This document shows, one piece after another, positions 15,271-31,815 of a stretch of 64,000 nt of DNA (the first letter of the stretch is position 1; each line of letters begins with the position of its first letter). The notes under the pieces are model-generated. The model made no database searches, was not told the DNA's origin, and was given only the letters and a program-made list of their open reading frames with translations. The DNA is from the human T2T-CHM13v2.0 reference genome, Homo sapiens. A program made the translations under genes and the position numbers. The DNA lies in NCBI RefSeq assembly GCF_009914755.1, contig NC_060947.1; one strand, 5' to 3'.

Positions 15271-15745
15271 TGTCTAAAATTGGATTCCCCAAGATCAGAC
15301 TTAAATGACAAATTTGAGTCCATGTAGCTGATTATGATGGAGATCACAGAAAGCATCAACAGGAAGTGAGAAACAGGAAGATCTGTGATGGAGATCACAG
15401 AAAGCATCAACAGGAAGTAGAGAAGTGAGATAGAGAAGAAAGGAACACACAGAGTACATTAATGAGCAAGTTATGACTATGGATGACTGGGACTTAATGC
15501 CACTGGAGACTTCTAGCAAATGAAATAGACATGCCTCATGCATCCTATTTGAGTGTAAAAAGTTTAGAGTTTTTATCATCCAATTCTCATCTATTATTAA
15601 CCTGAAGAATGCTGCTTGGGTCTTCAATATTCCAGCACTTCTAGCCTTCCCCGCAGTGGCAAACCCATCAGAGAAAGTCTTCAGGTGCACGCAATTAGAT
15701 GATGAGACAAAATGGGAGCGCTGAAAGGGTACGGACAGCGTCCAC
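15271..15745 (-). mobile_element. ERVL LTR (LTR16-like)
   Basis: TGTCTAAAATTGGATTCCCCAAGATCAGAC...GAGCAAGTTATGACTATGGATGACTGGGACTTAATGCCACTGGAGAC resembles reverse LTR16. Confidence 0.65.
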
Positions 15746-15949
15746 TAGATTTAAAGAGTACCCTACATTTATCTTATAGTGTAGACTATAGCTGTTCTTG
15801 CTTTTTTGTACCAAATGACTCATCTTTTTTTCCTTCCTTTAGAAACAAGATTGAAAATGTAATCTCGGTTGAACAGGAAGCATGGAGATAGTTCAACTGA
15901 ATTGGAAGTTGCTGGTTGTAGAATATTTCTATGCATTCTTCAAGACAGT

Positions 15950-16218
15950 GCCATGTGAAGCCTCTTCTGACCTGTCCAGTTAGCTTTTATTTCTCTCTCT
16001 TTTGTGACAGCACTGTACTTTGCACATCTTATTGTTTCATTCTTCACACTTTTCAGTATTATACTTATCTATCTTCCAGTAAATTCTTCTTAACAGACTA
16101 TCATTTTCTTGAGAGCAAGAATTGGGTCTTCGTTCATCTTTGTATTTTAGGCATGGAGTATAGTCCCCAAGAACCAGTAAGTGTTCATCAAATGTTCATC
16201 TGTTGAATGAATAAATGA
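15950..16218 (+). mobile_element. L2 3' end
   Basis: TTCTTGAGAGCAAGAATTGGGTC...TGTTGAATGAATAAATGA terminal motif. Confidence 0.7.
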
Positions 16219-16655
16219 CTGTGTGCATTGCTGCTAATGATATTCTTCACCATTTTCTTCAGAATCTGCTTATGCTGGTCAGATTAAATGGCTTTACTTG
16301 AGCTGTTTCCAACTTTCAAACAGATTTTTTTTTTTTTCTGACAGTGATTTAACACCAATGAAAGTTTTCAGTTACCTTCCAGTTGTTTTAAAACATGAAA
16401 TAGCTATTTCTGGTGAAAGGAAATAAAGGAGAAGAGATAGTTCTCACTTCAATTTGAGTTTTGAGAGGATCGAATTGCTTCAGCCCAAGGGGTCAATACT
16501 GACAGGTCATCCCTAGCAGCTGGAGAGTATGTCAAGATAATACTCCAAAAGATATTTTTATCCTTCATTTGCTACAAAGATAAATAAATGCATATATACA
16601 AAGTGAACAAAAGCTTTGAAAATAGTAAAATGTTAACATAGGATAGTATAGTCAC

Positions 16656-17290
16656 TGTTATTGAATGAATGTTTGTGTCCACCCAAAATTCATATGTTGA
16701 AATCCTAACTCCCAAAGTGATAGTATTAGGAGATGGGTTTGGGGCTTTTTGGGAGGTGATTAGGTCACGAGGATGGAGCTCTCATTATTGGAATTAGTTG
16801 CCTCGTAAAAGAGAACCTACAGGCCAGGCGCGGTGGCTCACACCTGTAATCCCAGCACTTTGGGAGGCCAGGGTGGGTGGATCACGAGGTCAGGAGTTCA
16901 AGACCAGCCTGGCCAAAATGGTGAAACCCCACCTCTACTAAAAATACAAAAAATTAGCCAGGCGTGGTGGTGGGTGCCTATAATCCCAGCTACTTGGGAG
17001 GCTGAGGCAGAGAATTGCTTGAAACCCGGAGGCAGAGGTTGCAGTGAGCCAAGATCATGCCACTGCCCTCCAGCCTGGGAGACAGAATGAGATTCTGTCT
17101 CAAAAAAAAAAAAAAAAAAAAAAAAGAACCTAGAACGCTCCCTTTCCCCTCCACCATGTGAGGAATCATCAACAAGATGAACGTCACTGAGGAAGCGGGC
17201 TCACAAGACACCTAACATGCTGGTGACTTTTGGACTCACCAGCCTCTAGAACTAGGAGCAACACATTTCTGCTCTTTATAAACCACCCAG
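16656..17290 (+). mobile_element. MaLR LTR (MLT1A0-like), split by an Alu
   Basis: GAATGTTTGTGTCCACCCAAAATTCATATGTTGAAATCCTAA start; CCAGCCTCTAGAACT...TTTATAAACCACCCAG end. Confidence 0.85.
16822..17125 (+). mobile_element. Alu SINE (AluSg-like)
   Basis: Full dimer, GATCACGAGGTCAGGAGTTC; TSD AGAACCTA. Confidence 0.97.
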
Positions 17291-17400
17291 AAATATAATA
17301 TCTATATGTATATAGCCACCACCCATATATGTACACACACACAGTTTATCAATTTTTGAAGTGAAATAACATATAAATTAACAAAAATTCTCTCACGTGC

Positions 17401-17552
17401 TACCACATACATAGATAAAATATGTATGTATTTTATACATACATATATGCATGTATACATACATATACATAAAACATGTATGTACCACATACATAGATAA
17501 AATATGCTACCACATACATAGATAAAATACTTGCCCAGATACATAGATAAAA
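17401..17552 (+). repeat. Local repeat, 4 copies of (TACCAC)ATACATAGATAAAA
   Basis: Copies at 17401, 17483, 17508 and ~17536. Confidence 0.85.
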
Positions 17553-18294
17553 ATTCAAGTACCATCAAAGTCTACCTTCTTCCTATCTATAAAGCTATAA
17601 AATGAGTGGTATGAGACTAAACAGAAATGTTCTGTGCTTTTTGGCACAAACGCATATTTGTTTATTTATTATGTATGTATTTATAGTGTTTTCATACAAA
17701 TAGAACAATTTGACATATATATAATAAACTAGAACACATATGCACATATGTATGTACATGTATGTATGCATACATATGCACATATATATGTTCTACTTTT
17801 GTGCAATTAATACTACATAACGATCACATTTCAACATCTGTTTATATAAATTCATCTCTTGTTTAAAACTGTAGTATAAAGGGCACAGGCATGGACTACC
17901 ACCAAGCTATGTCCATTTAGATTACCTATTTTACTATTACCTAGCTACAAAGAAAACCCATGTCCATCTAAACCCTTACTCATGTGAAAACATAAATGAA
18001 GGGCAAACTCCTTGAAGTAGAATTGCTATGTAAATATGTAATTATACTTTTAATTTTGAAAGATAATGCCAAATTAATCTCAAGAGTCTGGGCTTGTGTT
18101 ACTCCATAGTCAATGATGGCGATGGTCCTCAACTCTTGCCTCCAAAATGCATTCATTCTTGAATAACTTTGATCAGATGAGACACTTATGATCTCAATGC
18201 TCATTCTCCTACTACTCTTTGGATAACCTTGTTTGACATTTTTTTTTACAGTGTGTAAAGCAAAGAGAAACTCCAAACTCTTTACAAATATGCT

Positions 18295-18803
<509 letters not shown>

Positions 18804-19035
18804 TTAGTCTTAACACTGAAAAGTCTTAATGAATGTGTATCTACCATGTGAAATTAGACAGAATTTAACAGTTTAAAATATTAATGGAAATATTTTTCAT
18901 TTAATCTATTTGTTCTAAACAATTGCTAAAATATTTTGGTTACATCTAACCTCACAAAGGCAACCATTTTCTATTACTTTTCTATATTCACTTTTTTCCT
19001 ATTATTTACTAGGTTTCTTCTGTTATTGTTGTTGT

Positions 19036-19330
<295 letters not shown>

Positions 19331-20247
19331 AGTTTGTTAGGTTTTTATTAGGTGCAAGATTGTGCTGTATTTTTTAATCAATAAAAACACAAGCAAGCCA
19401 CAGCTCCAAGAAGTGTACAACAAATGATTTGACTGGAGAATAATTTTTTTAACTAAATACTTGGTCACACTATATAAGTGGCATGTGAAGAAAAAACAGT
19501 CACTTTGGGCCGAAAATTTCAGGGAAAAAAACCCTTATGGAGTAAAAATAACTTTATAGTTTATTGCTGAATGATTTACATTTTTATTGATACAGCTAAC
19601 TTGTATGTACTCAGTGTTAGTTCTTAATCATATTTAATGCCTGTTACACATGCCACATTCCTCATGAAACTATTCATGATTCTTCTCCCCATACCAATAA
19701 TTTGTATTATTCCATTCTCATATAACATGTTTTCGGTATGCTTTTAAATTGACAATATATTTTAATTTCTCTTATAATTTTCTATGTTCTATGTCCTATA
19801 GTATTAAAAGATTCATGACCTAGAGACACACACATATATATATATGTGTGCACACATCCATATATATTTAACTTTATAGAATTCTTGAATTTGACTGAAT
19901 AGAAAGTGGTGGCCAAGAATATTAAATCTACCTAAAATTCACAGAGGTTTGAGATTCACAAAAGGTCACTTGATTTGGCTTACAGGTTCAGGGGAGAAAA
20001 GTAAATTTCATGGAAGAAAATCATAAATATTTGCGAGTAGATAAGGTAGCAGATGTAGACGTTATCTATAGGGAAATCTGACAGCAAAAGGAATGAGAGC
20101 TAGGATGTTACATTCAGGGGCCTGAATTACAGTTTGCTACAGATACAATACATCCGCACTTAGCAAAAATTACATTTATAACCTTGGCTTTTAATCAAGG
20201 TTTACCATAATGAAAAGCTGTGAAGAACTTGTATGACTGGCTTATAA

Positions 20248-20548
<301 letters not shown>

Positions 20549-20699
20549 TAAAAAAATTGTTATTGATGTCACTAAAAACTGCTCAGGAGGAAAATAAGTA
20601 GGTCTTATTGTGATGAAACAATATTTTATTGAAAAAAATTGATCAACATTTTTTATTTAAAAACAAAACTGGGGCTATTTTATTCAGTAATATGCCAGT

Positions 20700-20940
20700 A
20701 TTCACATAGCAAGAGTTTTGAGCATAGGCTTTGGAGCCTGAGCATCTAGGTTCAAATCCTGACTTTAACATTTATTAGTGGGACGATGGGTAAGTTCATT
20801 AGCATCTCCGTACTTTAGTTTCTTTCCATATGTTAAATATGGATAATAATGGTGTCTAATTCATAGGATTCTTATGAGAATTTAATGCCTGATTATAAGT
20901 GAGGTTAGGATGGTACCTTGACATAGTAGCTGTTTTATCA
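20700..20940 (+). mobile_element. MIR SINE
   Basis: GGCTTTGGAGCC...AGGTTCAAATCCTGAC...ATGGATAATAATGG. Confidence 0.75.
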
Positions 20941-21370
20941 TTGTTCTGGATTATTATATTTATTATCTATGCCTATTTTATATACCATACATGCCTGTAA
21001 ATAAAGTTTGTCTAGGATGCCATGGAAGACCAGAGTTCACCACCTTTGTGGAGATTTGATAGGATTTTCACCATTAGATAATAAGAGCTATATAATGTAT
21101 GTTTCCTCTTTAGTCTGGGCTCCCATGATTCTTGGTGCCAAACGTTTTGGTTTAAATTCAGTAACTCCAATTGAGCCATATTTCTGTCAAATTCTTCCAA
21201 ATGTCAACTATATGTGGCTTCTAGTCAATTTGACCTTGTTTTACTGATTCTGATTTAGTGGCAAGATGGTAGATGAATGCAATGGTTTATTCTCGTGATT
21301 TTAAATTTAATCATTTGTAATTATATACTTTTAAGACGTAAAGCTTCACCTGTCATAAAACATGCCCTTT

Positions 21371-21873
21371 ATGGCACAATGGTTTTAAAATATGGTCCCA
21401 AAACTCATTGGCAAATGGAAAGGTAGGGTCTATGTCCTTTCCTCTTCAATCTGGGTGAGTTTGTAACTACTTCAACAGATAGAGGATGGCAAGAGTAATG
21501 TTTTGTGCCCTCCATGGCAGGGTCATAAAAGACCATATGACTACTACCTTGTTTGCTAGAACAGCGTTTGCTTGGAACCCTGAGTTACCATAGAAAATGT
21601 GTGAGTATCTTAAAGCCACCATGCTAGGAAGAAGCCAAACAACATAGCAAGTTCACATGTAGGCCTTCAGAATTCCACCCTCCAGCCATTGAGTCCAACT
21701 TAGCTTTCAAGTCTTGACAGATGAGGCTATAGATATTGCAGAGCATAAACAGAACATCCCTGCTGTGTCCTATCTGAATTTATTACTCACAGCATCCACG
21801 GCATAATAAAGTAATTGTTTTAAACTGCTAAGTATCAGGGTGATTTTATACACAGCAAAAGTAAGTGGGATAC
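21371..21873 (+). mobile_element. MaLR LTR (MLT1F/G/H-like)
   Basis: AGGTAGGGTCTATGTCCTTTCCTCTTCAATCTGGG and TTGTTTTAAACTGCTAAGT...TTATACACAGCAA. Confidence 0.75.
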
Positions 21874-22029
21874 CCTGCCAATATGTCTACATATTTCCAA
21901 ACAACTGAAAACATGCACACCCCAAAATGTTTTCTTAATGAGAAAATACAACTCACTTTTTTATTTCTGTGCCTTGATTAAAAAAAGGCACGTCCACTAA
22001 AAGAATGATAATTTTTATTCTGATTATGG

Positions 22030-22540
22030 GATAAAGAAACATATGGCCATTTGTGACATACAAAAAGTCTACTGGAAGCAAAAAGTGGGAAAAAAAAGCC
22101 TTACGAATACCCGTAAACTGGTGATAAATGGACAAACAAAATTTGGTATATCCATACAATGAAATTTTATTTAGCAAATAAAAGGAATGAAAGACTGATA
22201 CATTCTACAATATGAATGGACCTTAAAAACATTATGCAAAATGAAAGATTACAGACACTAGAGGCCACATATAGTATGATTCCATTTATATGAAATGTCC
22301 AAAATAGGCAGATCTATAGAGACACAACACAGAGCAGCGGTTGCCAGAGGCTAGAGGGAGAGAGGAATGGGGAGTGACTGCTAATGGGCATACAGTTTCT
22401 TTTGGGGATGATGAAAGTATTCTGCAATTAGATAGTGATGATAGTTGCATAGCTCTGTGAACATACTGAAAAAACACTGAATTGTACACTTCTAGAGAGT
22501 GAATTTTACAGTATGTGAATAATATCTTAATAAAGCTGCT
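22030..22540 (+). mobile_element. L1MB-like 3' end
   Basis: TGGTATATCCATACAATG, ATGATTCCATTTATATGAAATGTCC, GGGCATACAGTTTCTTTTGGGGATGATGAAA. Confidence 0.85.
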
Positions 22541-23639
22541 GTAACAAAATCCCCAGGATATCCCATTTCTAAATAAACGTATTTTTCCCTTGAGGTCTTC
22601 TGAAGTTTACACCTCTTTTTGTTGTGCTGTGGCTTTTTGGAAGCAGATTTCTCTGGGTTTGTTCATTTTTGTTTTATTTCAGTATTAGAACCAACCCTGC
22701 TTATATATCCTGTCTTTTTTTAAATTTAAGGCTTAACAACAAACAAACAGTAGCAATAATCCCAATTCCCGAGTGATTCAACAAGTTTTATTGTGCAGAT
22801 GGTAAGAAACTGTTTCCCTCATTGTTTGCTACCAGGAGAAAGGCTGTGAAATAGTTCTTCTGGGTCAAAACATATGGTTCACAAAAATGACTTCCTTTCA
22901 TCTTGGTCTCTTCTTGCCTTCTGAAAGACCAATTCCTCCTAATTTTAAGTTTACTTTTGGCAAAATGGTCTCATGTATTAATGACTTTATTTGGTTAACA
23001 AAGTAACATGTTTACAGGCATGGGAGAGGATAAATGAAGCTAGAAAAAGGAGTACTGAAAATATTAGGTTAATGTGTTATTGTTTTCAAGAGCCATCGAT
23101 AACATCCTTGAAACTTACACAACCACTGACTAAACATTTTATTTAGAATAATCAGGAACCAGTGGAAAATCTGCTTATCTAGACCTTGAAGCATCATTTT
23201 TTTTTTCTGAAAATTTCTTCCTGATTACATCCAGTGGCAGATACTGCTATTTGCTTGTTTGCTTGCCCAATATCCAATAAACCCAGCAAAGAAATAGTTG
23301 TCTTGATGGACTATTAACAGCCAACCCACAGTAAAAACAAATTCTAAAAATTTAAAAAGCATAGTAACCAAAAAATATTCACTCCACATTTTGCTTTTTA
23401 AACTTTAAAAAATGCTTTTTTTTTTTTTTTTTTTTGAAACCCTGAAAAAGTAGACAGTAAGCCAGCTCCTGGAAGAATTGGAAATCAACTGCATGAGGGT
23501 CTAGGAAGCTGAGAGGCTGAAGCAGTCTCAGGACAAGTAGATAGGGAGGAGTCCTTTTTCTCTCAACAACAAAATCGTGATTTTGTTTAGAAGTAGCAAG
23601 GTGTCAAGCAAGAACAAAGAGCTCTATTTCAAGCATCTC

Positions 23640-25429
<1,790 letters not shown>

Positions 25430-26542
25430 TTAAATTATGATTTTCATCTGTAAATGTTCCTATGCCTTCAGATGTTTATTTTAGGACTGTGGCCGACTTG
25501 GTTCTAAAGAAGATGGATCACCAGGTCATTACAGGGCTTTCCTTCACAATTAGAAACTAAATATAAGACTCAACCCAGAGTAATTTCAGAAAAAAAATAA
25601 AATACCAATATAAGGTGTATTGTCAAAGATAATTGTGCTCCTGCAGCTTTTCTGTGTATAATAGACTCTTCCTTCCTTGTAGCAGCTTGCCTAGATTGTG
25701 AAAAACATGGTGCTTGACCCTTAGAAAGGTCAAAGACTTATATAAGATATATATGTATATATGAGCATATGTATGTGTGATATATATATATATCACACTG
25801 ATATCTATATATGTACATATATCAGTGTGGGAAGGAAATGGAGGAATAGAATGTTAATTGGAACAAGACTAGTAGTAGCTGATTAGTTCTTCATTCCACT
25901 AAACATAACGATGGGCAAATATCTAGCTGCTTTAAGTCTTATTTTATAAATTGAATATCAAATACTAAAGAAAAAATACATTTTCACAGCCAGGAAAAAC
26001 ATAGAATTTTTTTCAAATTTCAAAATGCCAAGTAAAACTTGAGAGAAAATACCGAGCAAATAAGGAACTTTGTCCCAAGGTATGGAAACATTGACAAAAC
26101 TATTACCAGTTATAGCTGACCTTTACTGGGTAAAACCTGGATAAACAGGAAAAACTTTAAGAGAAAAGTCTTCAGTGGGTCAAATCCCATGGTTTTCATG
26201 AACTGGGCGGACTGCTACAGGGCAGGAAGAGTTTACTACACAGAGAAAAGTTGTGGGAACACAATTATCTTTGAAGAACTCTTGGGCCAGTGTAGGCCCC
26301 GTGGTGCCAGTTCCCTGTGCTAACAGGCAGCCAGGGATATATACCTCACCCTTTGCTATATAGCTGCCTTGCTTAGAAACTTCTTCTAAGAGAAATGCCT
26401 TATCTTTTCAGATTTATATTAAATATTTTCCAATTCTATTTCTGCCTTTATCTCAGGAAATTCCAAGTGAGTATGAAGCTCATGCTCCCTCCCTAAAATA
26501 GCAAAATAGCAAGCTCTTTGCATGGATTTTTAAAAATTTATC

Positions 26543-26831
26543 TTTTTTTTTGAGACAGGGTCTCACTCTCTCACCCAGATTGGAGTGCAGTGGTGCAATC
26601 TCGGCTCGATGCAACCTCCGCCTCCCAGGCTCAAGTGATTCCCGACCTCAGCCTCCTGAGTAGCTGGGATTACAGGCGTGCGCCATTACACTGAACTAAT
26701 TTTTATATTTTTAGTAGAGACGGGTTTCACCATGTTGGCCAGGTTGGTCTCCAACTCCTGACCTCAAATGATCCACCTGTCTGGGCCTCCCAAAATGCTG
26801 GGATTACAGGCATGAGACACTGCGCCCGGCC
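26543..26831 (-). mobile_element. Alu SINE (AluJb/Sz-like)
   Basis: Poly-T, GAGACAGGGTCTCACTC...CACTGCGCCCGGCC. Confidence 0.96.
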
Positions 26832-28146
26832 GTATGATCTTTTTACAAGGTTTCAAGTAACAATTTTATTTCCTTTGCTTCAAAATTTCCAACTATTGCC
26901 ATTCAAGTGCTTTCCACTGATAGTCTGCAAATACACAACCCTTGAAGAACTTATTGTAACCATGGCCAAAAGAGTCACTGTTTTAAACACAATCTCACAT
27001 AAAGAAGACTTAAACTAGGTGTACTAGTTGACTCCATCTAGAAAATTATTTCTCCTAGACAGAAATCTTAGATTAGGCAAATGTGACTGAGCTAAACAAA
27101 GTCTTTATAATTTATAAGTTCTTAGGGATCAATTCTTAATTTTGTACAAAATCACAATTACCAACATATGATCTCCAACTCTGACAATGGGGTCTTATTT
27201 TTAATCTCCATTATAAATTGGCAACAGAAATCTTCTCATCTCATTTCAGTAAAGTTGGCTTTGCCAAAATAAAGAAACTCTCTTTGAACCTGAATCAGAT
27301 GATGGATGTACAAGTCACTTATTTTCTGGGCTTAGAGTTACTCTGGAGAGTAACCAATGTTTAATTTATCAATGTTCCTAGAAATTAATTAGTTTAACAT
27401 GACCTACTGTTGTTACCAAAGTGTTTTTCATACTAGGTAATACAAATTGGGCCTGATTATCTAGGCAATTGTATTTAATTTTCTGTTTTGGTTCATGGCA
27501 ACCAAATTGGCACTTATAACTTTTTCCCTTTTGTCCAAAATTCCATTGGAATGACGGAAGGTATTCATGTGTTTAGAGGAATAAAATTATAATCAACCTA
27601 GAAAACAAGAAAGCAAGCAAGCAAAAGACCAAGATACTGGTGAAAATACTGAAAGATGTAGATGGGATCTCACTGGTAAAGAAAACAAAGAAGAGTCAAT
27701 AAAACCACAAACACCAGGAGTAAGAAGAAGCTTCACACCTTTGGTTGACAAATAGTGTACTTCAATTCTGCTGGCTGTTGTAAAGGAGATTACAGGATAC
27801 CTGGAAGATATATAATGGGAGAAGTAGTCTCATATAGAAGCTATTGTGGGTTTGGGTCCTTTAGAAATTTCTCTGAGGAAGAAACATTAAGTTGTGGCCT
27901 AAAAGATGAAAAAGGAGGCTGATAGTAGTCCTGTATTTTAAAAGAAAATCAGTATCACCGTAATTTAGGGAGGGAGGTTGGAGAGAAGTGGAAAATCAGA
28001 AAGAGATAGCTGTTAAAAGGTAGAGCCCTATAGGTTGTGGCATAAACTTTACAGTAATGGACAGCTATTGAAGAGTTATAAACAACAGTCAAATAAATGT
28101 TGTAAAAACATTTATTCCATTTGCCATATTGAAAATGGAGTACAGG

Positions 28147-28473
<327 letters not shown>

Positions 28474-28519
28474 TTAGGAAGAATATATAAAGTACAATAA
28501 GATAGACAAATGCAAGTTT

Positions 28520-28800
28520 TATGCACAAATGAACATCGTTAGAACTCCGACACAATGTCTTCTTCCCTTCAAATGTCTTCACTTTTCCATTCCCACTATC
28601 ATCCTTCAGCCTAGTCTCTACCACCAGTTTTACTGACGCGTCCCCCAAACGGTTCCTTCACCCTCTTCTCCAACCTGCTCCCAAGTATCCTTCATAGTAC
28701 AAGGAAACAAATTTTCCGAATCATAATATTTTTCATTTCATTTTTCTGCTTAAAAATTTATCATGTCTTCATATTACTTATAGATGGAGTTTGAGAAAAT
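28520..28800 (+). mobile_element. L2 fragment
   Basis: Pyrimidine-rich, with CTGCTTAAAA-type L2 motif; diverged. Confidence 0.45.
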
Positions 28801-30975
28801 TATTAAATCTATTCCCCACCTAGGTTCGTAATCAATTAAGCCGCACATATAGGAGTCAGACGAATAGAGATGAAAATATCTCCTTTACTAATGATAAAGC
28901 TGTTATCAGCGAACATAGCATTAAGTCTTCTTATTATGTATGTTTGCTAATAATTTGCCTAGTGACATCCATTAGTAAGCATTAAATGGAAGAAGAAGCA
29001 TTCCCTATATAATTTATATCATGGGGGCTTAACCCCAATTTAAAGAGCATGAAGCCATACCTACTCAATTCCTCCTCCAAAAATCAGGGTAGATGGTTCA
29101 TTTCTGCTTTCTTAATTGGAGTACATGGAGGGACAGGGAAAACGGGCAATATTATTACCCTAGCGTAGTTCTCTCCACAATTGGATATTTGAAACAACAA
29201 GCAAGGAGGGTCCAAAGATTTAATTGCATATACATTAACAGTTTTTGTCTCATTTTCAATATTCTTTAGAGTTTGCTTATTCAAACTTCTTGCTAATTAT
29301 CATCACAAGCCGCTATTTCTGTCATTTTCCTTGTGCTGTCCATATTACTTGCCTCTTCTTTTAACTCTAGTACCAAGATTGACTGATGATAGGCCATTCA
29401 ATCTTTTCCAAAGCCGAGGTTAGCATGCTTAGCTGAATGAGTTCGGGCAAATTTCAATTTTATGCGGTTCATAGCAATAGCCATATTAACTAGTATGTTT
29501 ATTTGTCTCTAAATAAGGTTTAGGTATTCTGAAATGTCTCTCTAGCATTGGATTTCCAGTTAATGAGCATCTCACTAGAAATTTATATTGACAACAACCT
29601 TATTAATATTAATCCCCTAGCATTTGCAAGACTAGGACAAAATTTCAGATATCATTTATATGATATTTTTGAAGACATTTTATAAATACAACAAATATGA
29701 TGGATTATTTCTATTACTATAACTAAATTATGTTTTGAAATACCATACTATTTACTAAGAGCTATAAAATGTGATAGTATCCTATAAAATTAATATCTCA
29801 ATAACTCTAAAACATGTCAGTTGAAAATAGTGCATATATATTAGTGTGAATGTATGTGGGGGTATGTCAAAAGAGAATCTCCTTAATACAAGCCTCTGCT
29901 GGAAATAAAAAATAAAGAAAAAAAGCAGAAAATGAATTATTTAATAATTTCTAAGATGTTCTCAGGTGCCAACACAACAAATCCTAATGAACCCAGGGTT
30001 GATTAAATGCAGATAAAGAAGATATGCATTTTTCAAATCTCATGAAGAGAAAAAAGATTTTTCTGTCGATCATTCTCTAATTAAAGTATTAACGGTAAGA
30101 TAGAGACTGTATTCCCTCTTACTGGAAAGATAAACTGTATGTTTCTATAATATATGTCACCCTAGCAACAACACACAAAGCATCAACTGCCTTTAATAAA
30201 AACTGATTTTATAATTAAAGGAGCTAACTGTTGAAAAATAGTCACTTTTTATAGACACTTGAATATGAAAATTGGTTTCTCACACCTCATTATAATACTA
30301 AGTGCAAATTAGTATAAGCCTTTGCTCATCCATTCCAAGTAAAGCAGAAGCACAGACAGATCAACCAACCTAGCACTGTACATGACACGTTGTAGGAATT
30401 CAACTAGTTCTGTTAATTTAAATACCTGCAATAGTTTTTATTATATCTGCACTATGGATTTTTAAAAAATATGTAACAGCAAAAAAACTACCAAGAATAT
30501 TTATAATATAAACAGTTTTTTAAAAATATTCTTTCTCATGAAAAAGTCTATTTAGGAACTTCTGGTAAGGGTAAGATAACTTCGACCCATTTTTCCCTTC
30601 CTCTTCCCACTAAAACAGCAACAAATGCTGGTAATAATGCAGGAATAAACCCAAGATAACTCTGAAGGTAGTCAGAAGAAGACGACGGAGTTTTGGTTTA
30701 CTGGGTCTGGAGCAGAAGTTGAGTGACTTACATCTTTTCACTTAATAGAAGCAAGTGACCCAGACTCACCATTTCGAGACCCACAACCAGCAGTCGAAAG
30801 CAGCCTAGAAAGGCTTATCTCTCCACATCTAAGAGGATTCCCTGAGACAACATCAGGTTCTCCTGACACTTTCTAGGACAGGATGGGTAGATGCAATCCA
30901 GAGAATTGCCAACAGTAAGGGGAAACACTCTCTGTTCCTGGTGGGCCTGCTTCAGCTCTTATCCACAGATACCTG

Positions 30976-31551
30976 TGAAGGAGTAAAGGATGTTCCATCC
31001 CCAAATATGCCAGATTGGTATGTTGGCTATTTTCAGTTGGAAACTTTGGAGAAATTGTAGTTTCAGAAAGAGTTAGCTCACCTGTCTCTTCCTACATGCA
31101 GCAAACCATAAAGATTCCTCTGGGAGGGGCACCCTCACAGGACCAGAGTGAGAAAATAGCCCTTATTACCAGAGACTTAGAATTGGAGGCTTCAATGGAC
31201 CTGAATAAATATATTTACTGAAGTAACCCTTATCTTTCACTAGTTTTATACCCACTATCTATCTCCTAGTGACTCCCCTAGAGAAAATTTACTGTCCCTA
31301 GCCAGATTCTCTTTATCCTGTCATTGCTTTCCAAATTCATCAAATTCATCATTCATCATTAAAAGCATCTTGCTTTGACTACTTCTTCAGGCTTCACTTT
31401 CTTGTGATGATCTCCACGTACATGTATAAGTAATACAATTTGTATTCTTTTCTTTTGTTTTCTGCCTGATGTCGATTTGGTTTCTAGATCCAACTGAAGA
31501 GCCTACTAAGAACTAAAAGGGGGATTGGAGGTGATATCCAATTCCCCTACA
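30976..31551 (+). mobile_element. Solo ERV1 LTR (MER34C-like)
   Basis: TG...CA termini, CCCCAAATATGCC near the start, CCCCTACA end, 4-bp TSD CCTG on both sides. Confidence 0.85.
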
Positions 31552-31555
31552 CCTG

Positions 31556-31583
31556 CACATGTGATGAAACTGTACAGAACTAA

Positions 31584-31633
<50 letters not shown>

Positions 31634-31815
31634 GAACACTGAGAGAAACTGAATAAAATTGCTGAATTGTAGTAATGTCAATATTCTGGCTGTGATATTA
31701 TATTATAGTTTTGCAAAATATTAACTTTAGGGAAAAAATGGTAAAGTGTACATAGGATATCCGTATTATTTCTTATTAACTGTATATGTATCTACAATTA
31801 TCTCCATAAAATGTC
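31556..31815 (+). mobile_element. L1MC/MD-like 3' end containing a (CA)n tract
   Basis: AATGTCAATATTCTGGCTGTGATATT...TATCTACAATTATCTC. Confidence 0.7.
31587..31630 (+). repeat. (AC)~22 microsatellite
   Basis: Directly visible. Confidence 0.95.

Noticed and set aside
16464-16495. GAGGATCGAATTGCTTCAGCCCAAGGGGTC resembling 7SL/Alu
   Set aside because: Too short and diverged to call an RNA gene or an element.
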